Virus record (IMG/VR): IMGVR_UViG_3300031088_000734
Strand: one strand, 5' to 3'
DNA: 64,000 bases
DNA from: a virus
The notes below the pieces were generated by a model, which did no database searches, was not told the origin of the DNA, and worked only from the letters and a program-made list of their open reading frames with translations. Each line of letters starts with the position of its first letter. Positions within the stretch are counted from its first letter, which is position 1. Below, in pieces: positions 8,303-18,978 of the stretch. The position numbers and the translations under genes are program-made.

Positions 8303-8365
8303 ATTTGGTCATTTTTTAAAATTATGGTATTATAATTATAATAAACAAAAATTCATCAGGTATAT

Positions 8366-9418
8366 ATGAATATAAACAGAGATGTTATAATTAATCACTT
8401 TGAACATTTAAAAGGATTAATGGAAAAAGAAGATCAAGCAGTAGCACATATAGATTCTCTTAAAGATAATGGTGTTAGTTTGAATGATAGATCTCATATG
8501 AAAATGGCTGCACTTCAAGAGACTTCATTTTATAATGATTTAACAAATAATGCGTTATTGGAAAACTTTAAACAACTTCCTGATGATGCGGGTTATATTA
8601 AACATTTAGCAGCAATTTCAATTAATGTGTACACCAGTGCTGATCATGGAATGCTTAAAGATTTCTTAAAATCTAAAGGGTTTTTATCTAACGAATTCAA
8701 TTTACTAGATGATTTAAATAATAAAGAACCTGCATTTAAGGCTCTCATTGGATCGGATTCACTAGATGGTTTGAATAGTATTATTTCTGATATAGATACT
8801 CTTTGTGGAAAAAATGATATTCTTTTTGAACGCTATAAATCTCTTATCAATAACAGTATTAATAATGTTGAAGTAAAAAGTAATGTTGAATCTGTTTTTT
8901 GGATAATGAATAAAGTGGATAGCCCTATTGTTTTGGGCAGTAAAATAGATGACATTATTGTATTTGATGTTGGTGGCAAGCATGATTTCACACTTTCCAC
9001 TCATAACATCAGCAATCCATTGGTTTCATATAATGCACCAGAAGATAAAAAAACTGTTAAAAAAACTGGACTTATTGCTGGATTCTTGAATAATCATTTG
9101 GAAAAGACAGAAAATGCAATCAAGGCAGAAGTTTTGAAAGAAACCTTAGCTGGTTTTGAAAGCTCTTGTTTGCGTTATCAGGATAACATTAGAAATTTAA
9201 CTGATTCTGTTATTGATTTCAATCTTCGTTCACATGCAGAAAAAGATCCAAATATTTCTATACTGAGATCGTATCAAATAGAACATGGACGATTAAATGA
9301 TCTATTCCGTACTATTGTTCGTAATAATTCAGACTATGTTGAAAGATCGATTGATAATAATCCTGAACAACTTAAGATTCATCAAGAAATAATTAAAAAA
9401 TATGGCTTTAAACCTTAA
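8366..9418 (+). CDS. Hypothetical helical protein
   Basis: 350-aa ORF with promoter and terminator. Confidence 0.75.
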   Translation: MNINRDVIINHFEHLKGLMEKEDQAVAHIDSLKDNGVSLNDRSHMKMAALQETSFYNDLTNNALLENFKQLPDDAGYIKHLAAISINVYTSADHGMLKDFLKSKGFLSNEFNLLDDLNNKEPAFKALIGSDSLDGLNSIISDIDTLCGKNDILFERYKSLINNSINNVEVKSNVESVFWIMNKVDSPIVLGSKIDDIIVFDVGGKHDFTLSTHNISNPLVSYNAPEDKKTVKKTGLIAGFLNNHLEKTENAIKAEVLKETLAGFESSCLRYQDNIRNLTDSVIDFNLRSHAEKDPNISILRSYQIEHGRLNDLFRTIVRNNSDYVERSIDNNPEQLKIHQEIIKKYGFKP

Positions 9419-9474
9419 GTTCTTCACAAAAAAAAGACTTCTGATGAAGTCTTTTTTTTTGTTTTTTTTAACTA

Positions 9475-10107
9475 TTACATTTTAAAGCGTCTTTTTGTTT
9501 CTAACTTTGGTTTTGGTGTTTCTCTGTTTGCTGCCAAATTAATCCACTGAGTGTCTTCTCTACCTTGTTTATCTATACTGTGAGATAATTTTACATTTCC
9601 AAAAAGTTTTGAATCATCAATTATTTTTGTTAATTCTGGTATGGTGTAGTAACTGAAAAATCTTCCTTTGGGATCACTGGATTCGCCTTCACCTGCCTTG
9701 AAGCTTGCATATATTTTTGCACCTTCTTTCATGCTTTCGGCAATATTCTTTAAAGCATCTTTCAATTCATTTTTGTTCAAATGAAGTAATGAAGCCATAC
9801 ACCAAACACCATCAAATTCATTTTTCCAGTCTATTTCTGCAAATGTCTTATTTTCTACTTTTACAGCAGAATTGTTTTTAGCAATTTCAACCAATTCTTT
9901 GGAAGCATCTATACCTTGTACATTAAATCCTAAATTTTTGAAAGCCAATAAATCACGGCCTGAACCGCAACCAGCATCTAATATTTTTGCACCCACTGGT
10001 AAGCCCTTGGTGAATTCCTTGTGGAGATCAGAAATGTCTAAATTTATAGTGCTTTGAGCATATTCATCAGCATTCTTATTGTAATAATCTATCGTCTCTT
10101 TATTCAT
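9475..10107 (-). CDS. Class I SAM-dependent methyltransferase
   Basis: Motif I ILDAGCGSGRD, post-I GIDAS, FDGVWCMASLLH. Confidence 0.85.
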   Translation of the reverse strand: MNKETIDYYNKNADEYAQSTINLDISDLHKEFTKGLPVGAKILDAGCGSGRDLLAFKNLGFNVQGIDASKELVEIAKNNSAVKVENKTFAEIDWKNEFDGVWCMASLLHLNKNELKDALKNIAESMKEGAKIYASFKAGEGESSDPKGRFFSYYTIPELTKIIDDSKLFGNVKLSHSIDKQGREDTQWINLAANRETPKPKLETKRRFKM

Positions 10108-10213
10108 AATATTCTTTTCTGTTGATTATTTACATTGTACCACATTTTTTTGTTGTTTAAAGCTTGAAGAAGTGCTATAATCTTCCCATACAAACACACA
10201 AAGGTGCTTTACC

Positions 10214-10480
10214 ATGATCAGTGAACGAGTTTCGGTTAATAACTATGTTGTTCGTTTCTACACTAAAGTAGAAGACGCCCGTGATGCGGCTAAATACGAA
10301 CATATGCAAGTCTGCCAGTATGGTAAAGACAATCGTTTTATCATCACACCAGACAAAGATGCTGAGCACCCTGAATTGATTGATACCACTGGCGTTATTT
10401 TCAGTAAGCGTTCGCAGGAAAATGACAGCACTGTTAAGGTTTGGATGACTGAGTTTGTAGCTGAACTCACCGTTGTCTAA
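10214..10480 (+). CDS. Hypothetical protein
   Basis: AAGGTG SD, ORF. Confidence 0.7.
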   Translation: MISERVSVNNYVVRFYTKVEDARDAAKYEHMQVCQYGKDNRFIITPDKDAEHPELIDTTGVIFSKRSQENDSTVKVWMTEFVAELTVV

Positions 10481-10641
10481 GTAGGAACTGCTGGGGAGCA
10501 GCGTAAGACCATTAGGAGCAGTTGTAACGACCTCGCACATGAGAATGTCCGGGGTTTTTTGTTGCCTATCAAAAATAAATAGATGACAGGTTTATCTATT
10601 TTTGATAGAATAGAGACATAATTTAATCGGAGACATTTGTA

Positions 10642-10863
10642 ATGACCAGTAAACTTAACAAAAAAATTGATGAAGAAATGTCCGTATTTATCGCTAAAAT
10701 GGAGAGTGGTTTCACACCAGACGCGGCATTCAAAGCCATTCTTCGCCGTGTCTTGAAAGAGCAAGATCGGGATACTCGCCATGCGTGTGCCGAAAGCGTT
10801 TTGCAAACCAATAATTCAGATGAAGCTCACGAAGCCTGTATGAATTGCAATACGTTTGGTTAA
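10642..10863 (+). CDS. Hypothetical phage-type protein (KEQDRDTRHACAE motif)
   Basis: GGAG SD, promoter and terminator. Confidence 0.7.
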   Translation: MTSKLNKKIDEEMSVFIAKMESGFTPDAAFKAILRRVLKEQDRDTRHACAESVLQTNNSDEAHEACMNCNTFG

Positions 10864-10981
10864 TTCAAGTCTATTATTTTTTGACTAATTTAAAGAGCCG
10901 ACGAATGGCTCTTTTTTTTGTTTAACTCTTTCATTTTTTACAATTTAAGCTATAATGGATGTGCAAACTAAGGAGCTTACT

Positions 10982-11665
10982 ATGTTTAAACTAATGTGTA
11001 TTATATTTTCTAGCTTATTGATGACGGGGTGTGCTATTAACAACATTGGTAACACAGTGAATCGAAAAATGGATAATTATTCAATTATTGATACCATTAC
11101 AGAACCACAAAGCAAGCTGGATTACATTCGTTTTGAATCACGTAAAACGGAAGCTGCAGACACCTATTTCTCAGTATCGAGTGGTGTTCAGTGGAATGAT
11201 GATTATGTGGTGGCTTTAAAAACAACTGAAAGTGCAAATGATAAGTTTGCGTGTCTTGATGAATGTGGTGTTGTGTTTATTAAGAAACATAAACAAGCAC
11301 CGGTACCGGAATGGCGTCATCGCATCAGTAATGAACCTGTTACCTTGTTAGGGGCTTCGGACGAAGTTGATGAAACCTTTGTTTATAAATCAATGGATAT
11401 AGATGTTTCTGCTATCAGTGCAGACATCACACCATATCCAGTATATGCGGTACCAACCACCATTGTAGAAAACAATGCAGAAGGTGGCCCAGTCTATGGC
11501 ACTGATGGTAAAGTGATTGGTATCATTTCTGGTTTTGTGAATACTGTTGATGATACAGGTGAACGTTTGACTTATCTGGATGGTTTTGATTCTGGTTATT
11601 TTGCTTTGTATATTCCTTATAGTGAATTGATTAGAGCTTGGGATTTAGTTAAGCCAACTAAGTAA
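10982..11665 (+). CDS. Lipoprotein, trypsin-like fold, probably catalytically inactive
   Basis: Lipobox LMTGC; SGVQWNDDYVV and GGPVYG..G.VIGI; nucleophile position is E (NAEGGP) and no catalytic His. Confidence 0.65.
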   Translation: MFKLMCIIFSSLLMTGCAINNIGNTVNRKMDNYSIIDTITEPQSKLDYIRFESRKTEAADTYFSVSSGVQWNDDYVVALKTTESANDKFACLDECGVVFIKKHKQAPVPEWRHRISNEPVTLLGASDEVDETFVYKSMDIDVSAISADITPYPVYAVPTTIVENNAEGGPVYGTDGKVIGIISGFVNTVDDTGERLTYLDGFDSGYFALYIPYSELIRAWDLVKPTK

Positions 11666-11766
11666 ATATATTCTTATTAATATTAAGGACTTTTTAGTCC
11701 TTTTTTGTTGCTTAAAATTCAATAATTTGGTATAATAGCACTTCACTATTCCATCGAGTAAAATCA

Positions 11767-12492
11767 ATGTTTAGATACGTCATTCTTGTTGCCATTACAA
11801 GCCTTATTGTAGGTTGTTCGTTTAATGCTTCCAATTATGAAGCAGAGCAAGCTAAACAGCCTGTTAATGGTCTTAAAAACTACAATGTGGTTCAAGACGC
11901 CAGTATCAACATGGGTGGACGCGATTTGAATTTCGTTACCTTTGAAAAAACAGTTGAAGTTCATGTTATTCAAAATGGTAAAATCATCACTGATACGCAA
12001 TCTCAATATGGCAGCGGTGTTCAATGGAATGAAGATTATGTAGTGACGACTAAAGCTGTCAATTTTGTAAATGGATCTTCTCAGCCATGTATCAAAGATT
12101 GTGAAATTCAATTTATCAAACGAAAAGCAACCGCTCCGGTTCCTGATTGGCGTTCTCATGTTGCCAATGAACGAATCACCTTTGTAGGCATTGAAAGCGA
12201 AGCTCGTTTTCGTGCTGAATTTGGTATGGATTTGAACGTTAAGACCTATACCGAAACCAACACAAGCACGTTGCTCAATGTAGCCGACAATCAAATTGTT
12301 AACAACATGTCAGGTGGGCCAGCTTATGGTCTGGATGGTAAAGTAGTTGGTATCTTGACGGGTTCTACTGAGACGGCTAATCTTCGTAATTCAACCAATC
12401 GTAATTTGAGTGCCCGTGGCGAACGTTTGTCAGTCTATCTGTCCTATGAAGATGTGCAGAAAGAATGGGTTAAGTTTCAACAATCACATTAA
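11767..12492 (+). CDS. Lipoprotein, trypsin-like fold, His-less paralog
   Basis: Lipobox LIVGC; GSGVQWNEDYVVTTKAV, NMSGGPAYG. Confidence 0.65.
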   Translation: MFRYVILVAITSLIVGCSFNASNYEAEQAKQPVNGLKNYNVVQDASINMGGRDLNFVTFEKTVEVHVIQNGKIITDTQSQYGSGVQWNEDYVVTTKAVNFVNGSSQPCIKDCEIQFIKRKATAPVPDWRSHVANERITFVGIESEARFRAEFGMDLNVKTYTETNTSTLLNVADNQIVNNMSGGPAYGLDGKVVGILTGSTETANLRNSTNRNLSARGERLSVYLSYEDVQKEWVKFQQSH

Positions 12493-12516
12493 TTATTTTA
12501 ATATTAGGAGAATACA

Positions 12517-12726
12517 ATGGAAGCAAAACTTAAAGAATTTCAAACCATGACTGAACGTTTTCGTGTTCTGGAAACCGAGATCCTGACTGCTATTCAAACC
12601 GTAGGTAAATCAAAAGGCTTTAACTGGCCGCTTCATGCTATTTCGAATTTGTTTGTGGGTGAAAACTATGTTTCCTTTAAAGTCAACGGCCTTCCAAAAC
12701 GTCTTGAAATGCACGAAATCGTTTAA
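12517..12726 (+). CDS. Hypothetical protein
   Basis: AGGAG SD. Confidence 0.7.
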   Translation: MEAKLKEFQTMTERFRVLETEILTAIQTVGKSKGFNWPLHAISNLFVGENYVSFKVNGLPKRLEMHEIV

Positions 12727-12756
12727 TATTAATCATTTTAATTAAAGGTTTTGACT

Positions 12757-13539
12757 ATGAAAAATATTATCAAACATCATTTAAAGCAATTGTTCGAAGA
12801 AACTTTTAACATCACTGTTAATAATATTCTTTTCTCTAAAAATAAGTATAATTCTCAACTTTTTGCTGGTAATGTTTATTATGGTGACAACAAAAAATTA
12901 AAATATAAATTTACGACAACTCCTATTAATGAAGACTCATTTACAACTAAGTTAGTTATTCCGCCTGATGATGATTTGTATCATTCTGCTTATTTTTCTG
13001 GTTTGCTTGACAATCATATTATTTATCAGAAAGTTAGAAGTTGTTATAATTTAAACCATAAGTACAAACAGTTTCGTCTTGACGAATATGATTCGCCTAT
13101 TGTCGTCAAACAGACTGTCAAAAACAACAAGGCTGAAGTTACTCATGAGTTTAAATTACATATTTTTTCTGTTGTCGGTTTGAGTTCAAAAACTGCTTCA
13201 GAAGGTCAATTGGATACTAACCTTGTGCTTGAATGGACAGATGATGGCCTCATTAATGTTAGGGATTCTTATTTGAAGCAAAATATGCATTATCCTAACA
13301 GGAGACGTATACTTTCTTTTCAAGGGCATGGTGATCAAAAGATGGAGAGAAATGAAGAAACTTACGATTTCATTTTAGATATCATCCATCAAAACTTCAT
13401 TCACTTTATCGCATATCGTCAACAGGCCGACTTACCGATTGATGATATGACAATTGAAGACGTTTACAAGACAAATCATGTTGACTTAAATTATAAGTTC
13501 ATTGCTGCTAGTTTGGTGCGGGATATGGTTTCAATTTAA
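12757..13539 (+). CDS. Hypothetical protein with C-terminal DMVSI tail
   Basis: ORF; tail resembles the M-x-x-I ends of the paralog families. Confidence 0.7.
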   Translation: MKNIIKHHLKQLFEETFNITVNNILFSKNKYNSQLFAGNVYYGDNKKLKYKFTTTPINEDSFTTKLVIPPDDDLYHSAYFSGLLDNHIIYQKVRSCYNLNHKYKQFRLDEYDSPIVVKQTVKNNKAEVTHEFKLHIFSVVGLSSKTASEGQLDTNLVLEWTDDGLINVRDSYLKQNMHYPNRRRILSFQGHGDQKMERNEETYDFILDIIHQNFIHFIAYRQQADLPIDDMTIEDVYKTNHVDLNYKFIAASLVRDMVSI

Positions 13540-13608
13540 ACTTTTCACGTTGTATAAATGCATCTAATATGGTATACTTATGCCATCAAATCACTGAGGT
13601 ACAGGTTC

Positions 13609-14145
13609 ATGAAAAAAAGCATTAAACTTCTTTTGTCTGTTTTGGCAATCACTTCCACAATGGTATTCGCAGAAGTTCCTGTTGAGAAACAGTTCTCACT
13701 GGATAAATTCAGTTATCTGGGTGTTGGCTTTAAAGATAGCAAGGCAGATCTTGTTGCCAAAGGGTTTGAATGTGTTGCATCGGAATGTAAGCGAGAAACT
13801 AAATCTGACAACATCAAAGTCACTTTTTCTGGTGAAAAACTTCAATATGTTGTTGCACAAGTTTATTATCCGAAATTTATTCATTGTGATGTTAATCAAA
13901 AACGAATTCGGGACTTTTTAACAGAGCACTATGCGTTTGAATATGTCAATCAAGACCGAAATTTCTTAGGTATGCATGTTACCAGTCGGAGTATGGGTGG
14001 CAATATTAACACCACAGAAGGTTTGATTTTTGTTAATGTTTCTTGTTCATATAATGGCGAAACAAAAAAAGATTATTCTCTGATTGAGTTTAATCTGGTC
14101 GATATTGTTTATCAAGACTTTAAAAATGATTTTAAATATCAATAA
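13609..14145 (+). CDS. Secreted protein, paralog of 14269..14808
   Basis: Signal peptide; LDKFSY.GVGFK.SKADL and FEYVNQD shared. Confidence 0.8.
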   Translation: MKKSIKLLLSVLAITSTMVFAEVPVEKQFSLDKFSYLGVGFKDSKADLVAKGFECVASECKRETKSDNIKVTFSGEKLQYVVAQVYYPKFIHCDVNQKRIRDFLTEHYAFEYVNQDRNFLGMHVTSRSMGGNINTTEGLIFVNVSCSYNGETKKDYSLIEFNLVDIVYQDFKNDFKYQ

Positions 14146-14268
14146 TTCAACAGTTACATCAAAATAGATAAAAAAAACAAACCCATTGTCCTCAGTGGGT
14201 TTTTTGTTGTTTTAATGAATAAAATAGTGTATAATCCATCTATTAAATTTAATGAAGGTCAAAAAATT

Positions 14269-14808
14269 ATGAAAAACAGTTTTCGCATTCTTCTGTCCAT
14301 TTTGGCAATCACTTCAACAATGCTTTCAGCGGATGAAACTGTTGAAAAAGTTCGTCAGCTTGATAAATTCAGCTATCATGGCGTTGGCTTCAAGTCGAGT
14401 AAAGCAGATTTGGAAGGTCAACGATTCACTTGTAATCAAATGCGTTGCTCTCGTAATGAAAAAGACACTCAGATTGATGTTATATTTACTGGTGATAGGA
14501 TTCAGAAGATTGATGCACGAACCCGCTACAATAGCCGTATTGATTGTCTTGACAATCAGAAAGAAATTAAAAACTTTTTGGCAGACACCTATGATTTTGA
14601 ATATGTCAATCAAGACTACAAAGTGCTTGGCATGAATGTTAAGAGTGAGGATTTGGGTGGTAACATTAAAACGAAGGATGGTTCTATTTGGGTGAATGTC
14701 TCTTGCATGAATGATCCTAAGATTAATATGAGTTACGTCAGCACCCTGTTTGACCTCAAAGATATTTCCTATCAGAACTTTAAGGATGCCTTTAAATATG
14801 AACAATAA
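14269..14808 (+). CDS. Secreted protein, paralog of 13609..14145
   Basis: As above, conserved Cys pairs. Confidence 0.8.
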   Translation: MKNSFRILLSILAITSTMLSADETVEKVRQLDKFSYHGVGFKSSKADLEGQRFTCNQMRCSRNEKDTQIDVIFTGDRIQKIDARTRYNSRIDCLDNQKEIKNFLADTYDFEYVNQDYKVLGMNVKSEDLGGNIKTKDGSIWVNVSCMNDPKINMSYVSTLFDLKDISYQNFKDAFKYEQ

Positions 14809-14870
14809 CAATTAAAAAATTGACAAAAACAACTTTATGCTATTATTTATTTCATAAAAAAGAGGTGTAT

Positions 14871-15323
14871 ATGGAAGATTCTAACGAAAATGAAATAAGA
14901 AAAATCGGGCCAGTTAATTTTATTATTATTTTACTAGGCTGTTGTGTTGTCGCTTTTTTTGCAGTTTCATCTTTATTTTTCTTATCATCAGGACATAAGC
15001 CTTCTTATTACATAAATAACGAAGGAACTGTCTCAGAATTTACTATTGTTGACAATGTTATGAATTTTAAAATGAAAGGATACCAAACAAAATTCATTAT
15101 GGAATTCAATGAAAATCCTGACATAAAACAAACAGATACTATTGAAATAGAATCTAATAACCATCAAGGTTTCGTACAGGTCTATGTAAACAGTAAATTA
15201 GTTTACGACAAATTATCTGATTTAACTTTTACAGAAATTACAGATGATGGTGTTAACACAGTATCCCGTGTTATTAAAAATATTAAAGACAATAAACTAA
15301 CCCCCACTACATCTATTTTGTAA
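14871..15323 (+). CDS. Single-TM membrane protein
   Basis: GAGGTG SD; N-terminal hydrophobic helix. Confidence 0.7.
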   Translation: MEDSNENEIRKIGPVNFIIILLGCCVVAFFAVSSLFFLSSGHKPSYYINNEGTVSEFTIVDNVMNFKMKGYQTKFIMEFNENPDIKQTDTIEIESNNHQGFVQVYVNSKLVYDKLSDLTFTEITDDGVNTVSRVIKNIKDNKLTPTTSIL

Positions 15324-15358
15324 ATTAATAACAATGTCTTCTGAGGATATTTTATAAT

Positions 15359-15898
15359 ATGAATAAAATTGTTAGCAATGGCTCAGTGCATCATCTTATT
15401 GATTTGAAATCAAGGGAAGCTATGCACCTTTATTACGGTTTAAAAAACAGGTTTGAATATACTGTTGAAAATCGTGAAGAAGTCATTAAAACCATTGCTG
15501 ATGATATTCGTTCTTTTGTCTTGCAGTATGACTTTTTGGTGTATCCAGAAAGCAGTGCATCGTTTATCAGTGATGTGCTGTCTCAGATTGATATTCCACA
15601 ATACCAAGTGGTTAAAAATTCTATTGAGAATGTGAGAGCATACTCTAATACGCTCAATTTACAAAAGAAAGAACGTGAAAGCCATGAGGAACGTTTTGCA
15701 CTTATGGGACCAAAGTTTAAAATCAACCAGATGAAATCAACACAACGTATAAAATATGAAGATGTTATTTTTGACAAGATTGAATTGCCATCAGGTCGAG
15801 GTCTTGTGGTTGATGATAGTCATTTCTCAGGTACTACATACAGAGCGTTGGTCAGTGTTACGGGTGTTCATGAGTTCTTGGCGATATTTTCAAAATAA
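15359..15898 (+). CDS. Phosphoribosyltransferase-like protein
   Basis: PRPP-binding-like motif LVVDDSHFSGTT. Confidence 0.55.
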   Translation: MNKIVSNGSVHHLIDLKSREAMHLYYGLKNRFEYTVENREEVIKTIADDIRSFVLQYDFLVYPESSASFISDVLSQIDIPQYQVVKNSIENVRAYSNTLNLQKKERESHEERFALMGPKFKINQMKSTQRIKYEDVIFDKIELPSGRGLVVDDSHFSGTTYRALVSVTGVHEFLAIFSK

Positions 15899-15994
15899 TG
15901 AAGTGTAAAACACTATAATATCTGTTTAACCTCCATTTGACAGCATTTTTAAGTAGTGATAGCATGATATTAATATAATATTAGAAGTATAATC

Positions 15995-16588
15995 ATGACT
16001 AAGTTTTTGTGTTTTTCTGCTTTAATGGCTTGCATAGTATTTCCATCAGTTCATGCTGAATATAGAATGGTAGTTGGTCTTGAAGATACTTCTGGTGGTA
16101 GTCTTCCAAAAGATTCGATTGTGTTCACAAATACAGGCACTGTTCCCACTCAACCGGAAGGTGATGATTATTCTATTTTTGGTAGCTATGCGGCGGTTGC
16201 AAGAACAATTGTCGCTGAGAAAAATCCTGTCACTGTTATGACATATGAAAACGTTCGAGATGTTTTTAATGCTGGCTATAATTTGAACGATTATCGCACG
16301 CTGCAAATGGATGGTTATGGATATGGTTTGTTAGCGAATTATGTATGGTCTACTGATTTTACATTGAGTAATCTCATCTCTTTACACAATGAAGGATATA
16401 ATTTGTTAACGGTGGCTCAAGCTGGGAACTATATCTTTGATGTATACAATATTCCTACCAATGTTGGTATTCATAAGATTACAGAAAGCTATAAGGCCAG
16501 TTGTTTTCCTTCTTTAGTTTCTGTTTTCCCGCAAATAGATATTTCCCAATGGGACGCTTATGCTGGACAACAAAACTGTTTAAAATAA
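15995..16588 (+). CDS. Secreted protein (AEYRMVV N-terminus family)
   Basis: Signal peptide followed by A-E-Y-R-M motif. Confidence 0.7.
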   Translation: MTKFLCFSALMACIVFPSVHAEYRMVVGLEDTSGGSLPKDSIVFTNTGTVPTQPEGDDYSIFGSYAAVARTIVAEKNPVTVMTYENVRDVFNAGYNLNDYRTLQMDGYGYGLLANYVWSTDFTLSNLISLHNEGYNLLTVAQAGNYIFDVYNIPTNVGIHKITESYKASCFPSLVSVFPQIDISQWDAYAGQQNCLK

Positions 16589-16634
16589 TCTAGGTATGTG
16601 GTATAATAGCTTACACTTACAGAGGATGATGATT

Positions 16635-16784
16635 ATGTTGAAATGTCTTTTTGGTTTGAACTGCAATATGGTTTATTTTAAAGATGTTGTGATTAGTCAT
16701 GGGATCTTGGATGGTAGCACTGTCATGTCTGTTTACAAATGCACGGTCTGCAATCGAGAGAAAAACGAAGAATATTCACGTTAA
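16635..16784 (+). CDS. Small Cys-containing hypothetical protein
   Basis: GAGG SD; LKCLFG..C and CTVC motifs. Confidence 0.55.
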   Translation: MLKCLFGLNCNMVYFKDVVISHGILDGSTVMSVYKCTVCNREKNEEYSR

Positions 16785-16810
16785 AAAAAGGTAGCCTAGG
16801 CTACCTTCTT
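16783..16810. terminator. Bidirectional terminator, near-identical to 39058..39085
   Basis: AAAAAAGGTAGCCTAGGCTACCTT versus AAAAAAGGTAGCCTAAGCTACCTT. Confidence 0.75.
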
Positions 16811-16820
16811 TATTTTGTTA

Positions 16821-17123
16821 TTACTCTTTTTTCATGTCTTCGACATTATCTCTGAGATAACTCTCTTTTCTACTGGCTTTTAATTCGTCCCATTTTTTGT
16901 TTTGCTCTGGGGTGAGTACGCCTTGTATATCTTTATCTTCTGCGAGACGGTGTTTTTCATGAATGTCTCTTAATTGTGTTTTTTGTGTATCGTTAAGTTT
17001 TAAATCTTGATAATACTTACCAAAGAATCCTTCAAACCAGTTGTCATTTGTACTTGGGCCAGCGAAAGCAACTGATGATGTAAGTAATGCAGCTCCCATA
17101 ATTGCGATTAATGATTTGTTCAT
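16821..17123 (-). CDS. Spy/CpxP-like (LTXXQ) periplasmic protein
   Basis: Signal peptide; LKLNDTQK and VLTPEQ motifs. Confidence 0.7.
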   Translation of the reverse strand: MNKSLIAIMGAALLTSSVAFAGPSTNDNWFEGFFGKYYQDLKLNDTQKTQLRDIHEKHRLAEDKDIQGVLTPEQNKKWDELKASRKESYLRDNVEDMKKE

Positions 17124-17293
17124 AAAACATCCTCCTAATTATTGGTCTTACTAATATTAGCATAGAAAAACCAAAAGTCAATAGCAACCATTCGCATTTA
17201 CTTGTCTCTATTTCCTTTTAAACATGTAAAAACGTTTAACTTTTCCATATTCTTTGGTATAATACAAACACTTAAAACAGTGGAGATAAAAAT

Positions 17294-17614
17294 ATGGTTA
17301 GCTTTTTGAAATATACCTTTACCATCAGACCAGAATTTGTCCATGAATTGAAAGAATCCATGCTTGAATATGACTGGATGCCGAATTTTGTTTCGGTTGA
17401 TGATGCGGGTGTTGTTTCTTTATTTGACGTTCAAGATGGCCTTACAGAAGATGCTATTACGCAAGTTATGGGTTCGTTGTCACCAGAAGGTGTTGCCAGT
17501 ATGGAATGTGATATCATTGCGTGCGAATTCAATGAAGTGATTCGTTGCCGTGTTAAAAATGGTCGAGTTGTTAAGAACTATGCCTGCGATTTTGTGTGGA
17601 GTGCTACAACTTAA
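17294..17614 (+). CDS. Hypothetical protein
   Basis: GGAG SD, promoter, terminator. Confidence 0.7.
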   Translation: MVSFLKYTFTIRPEFVHELKESMLEYDWMPNFVSVDDAGVVSLFDVQDGLTEDAITQVMGSLSPEGVASMECDIIACEFNEVIRCRVKNGRVVKNYACDFVWSATT

Positions 17615-17806
17615 TACATAATTTATTGAGGGTAAAAATAAACCGCCATCAAGGCGGTTTTCCTTTTGGTTCAAATTCAAACGCTAGTAATCATGAATTG
17701 ATCAATTGTTGCTTGTTCATCAAATAGACTTTTTTTCACCAAAAGAATAAACATCTTCCTCAACATATATCATTACTGAGTAGGTTTATTTTTTAGAGTT
17801 CTCATT

Positions 17807-18346
17807 TCACTGCTCCCATTTTTTATTAACAGAAATTTTTTCTTGAATTTCTTGAACTTCTTTGATTGTAAGATCTTTTGAATTAATCTCAACCTTCAAC
17901 ATGGAGTGTAGTTTTAACAAAGACTCATTAACAGCTAAAAACAAAATGTTGTTACTGATAAGATCTTTGTCTACTTGTCCACAAATGAAGGGATCATTCG
18001 TTTTGAATTGTTTAAACCATTTATTTTCAAAATAACCAAATGATATTGACAATTCTTTTGTATCTTTATAGAGTTTTTGGAGTTCATCTTCAAAAAGACT
18101 GTAATCTAATTTAAAAACAGTATCATTCATTGAGCCAATAGGCAATTCAAGATTAGACACGAGCATTCTAGCTACTTCTTTTGCAAGCATTAAGCTGTTA
18201 GCACTTTTTGAATTAATGAATTTCATCAAATGAGAAGATGCTTCGTTTTTTATTTCAATGGCATTTATTCTTTCATGTATTCCTCGAATATCAAAAAAGA
18301 CATTTCCAATTTGTTGAATTAAAAAGTTGTATGTTTTTTGTGTCAT
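17807..18346 (-). CDS. Hypothetical protein
   Basis: ORF, start moved to MTQKTY. Confidence 0.65.
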   Translation of the reverse strand: MTQKTYNFLIQQIGNVFFDIRGIHERINAIEIKNEASSHLMKFINSKSANSLMLAKEVARMLVSNLELPIGSMNDTVFKLDYSLFEDELQKLYKDTKELSISFGYFENKWFKQFKTNDPFICGQVDKDLISNNILFLAVNESLLKLHSMLKVEINSKDLTIKEVQEIQEKISVNKKWEQ

Positions 18347-18538
18347 GGTTATTTCCATTGCAATGAAATGTATGGCTATTATACAGTGTGTACGCTCCTT
18401 TTTCAAGAAAAAATCGTAAACATATTAATGAAAATTGTATAAAGTTATTCGCTTATATTTTATACTTGTTTTTTCTTTCGGGTGGTTGAAAAACTTAATT
18501 TTTATGGTAATTTATTCATTTCAAATGAGGATTTTTCA

Positions 18539-18907
18539 ATGGCGTTAATTTTATACAGTAATGGTGAAGCTTCATTCATCAAGAAAGACATCAATCCAGA
18601 CTATTTTGATGACAGCGGTCGATTAAATATTGACTATGTACAATTCACATTGGATTCAGAAGACATCCATACAATCTTCATAGATGATCCAGAAACTGTC
18701 TTGACCATTGGTGAAGGTGAGTTTCAAGGTCATTACACCATGTTCCTTTACAACAGTGAGGCTGAATTTAAACAATTGCCAGTGAATGAGTTCATGACTG
18801 ATGTTGCGTTGCAAGTGGGAATGATACCTCCTGATACTAATATCAGAGGCACTGTCATTTGTTTGGAAATTGATGAGCTAGGTATGCCAGACATGTCGAA
18901 TATATGA
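18539..18907 (+). CDS. DUF3846-like protein, paralog of 18979..19323
   Basis: h.NSEAE.K.LPVN.F.T.V motif; shared MAL..[YF]..G start. Confidence 0.55.
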   Translation: MALILYSNGEASFIKKDINPDYFDDSGRLNIDYVQFTLDSEDIHTIFIDDPETVLTIGEGEFQGHYTMFLYNSEAEFKQLPVNEFMTDVALQVGMIPPDTNIRGTVICLEIDELGMPDMSNI

Positions 18908-18978
18908 TAAATTGTCTATTGTTTATTGAATTAACTTTACATCATGTTAATCTTTAATTAACAACATGGAGTTATTCA

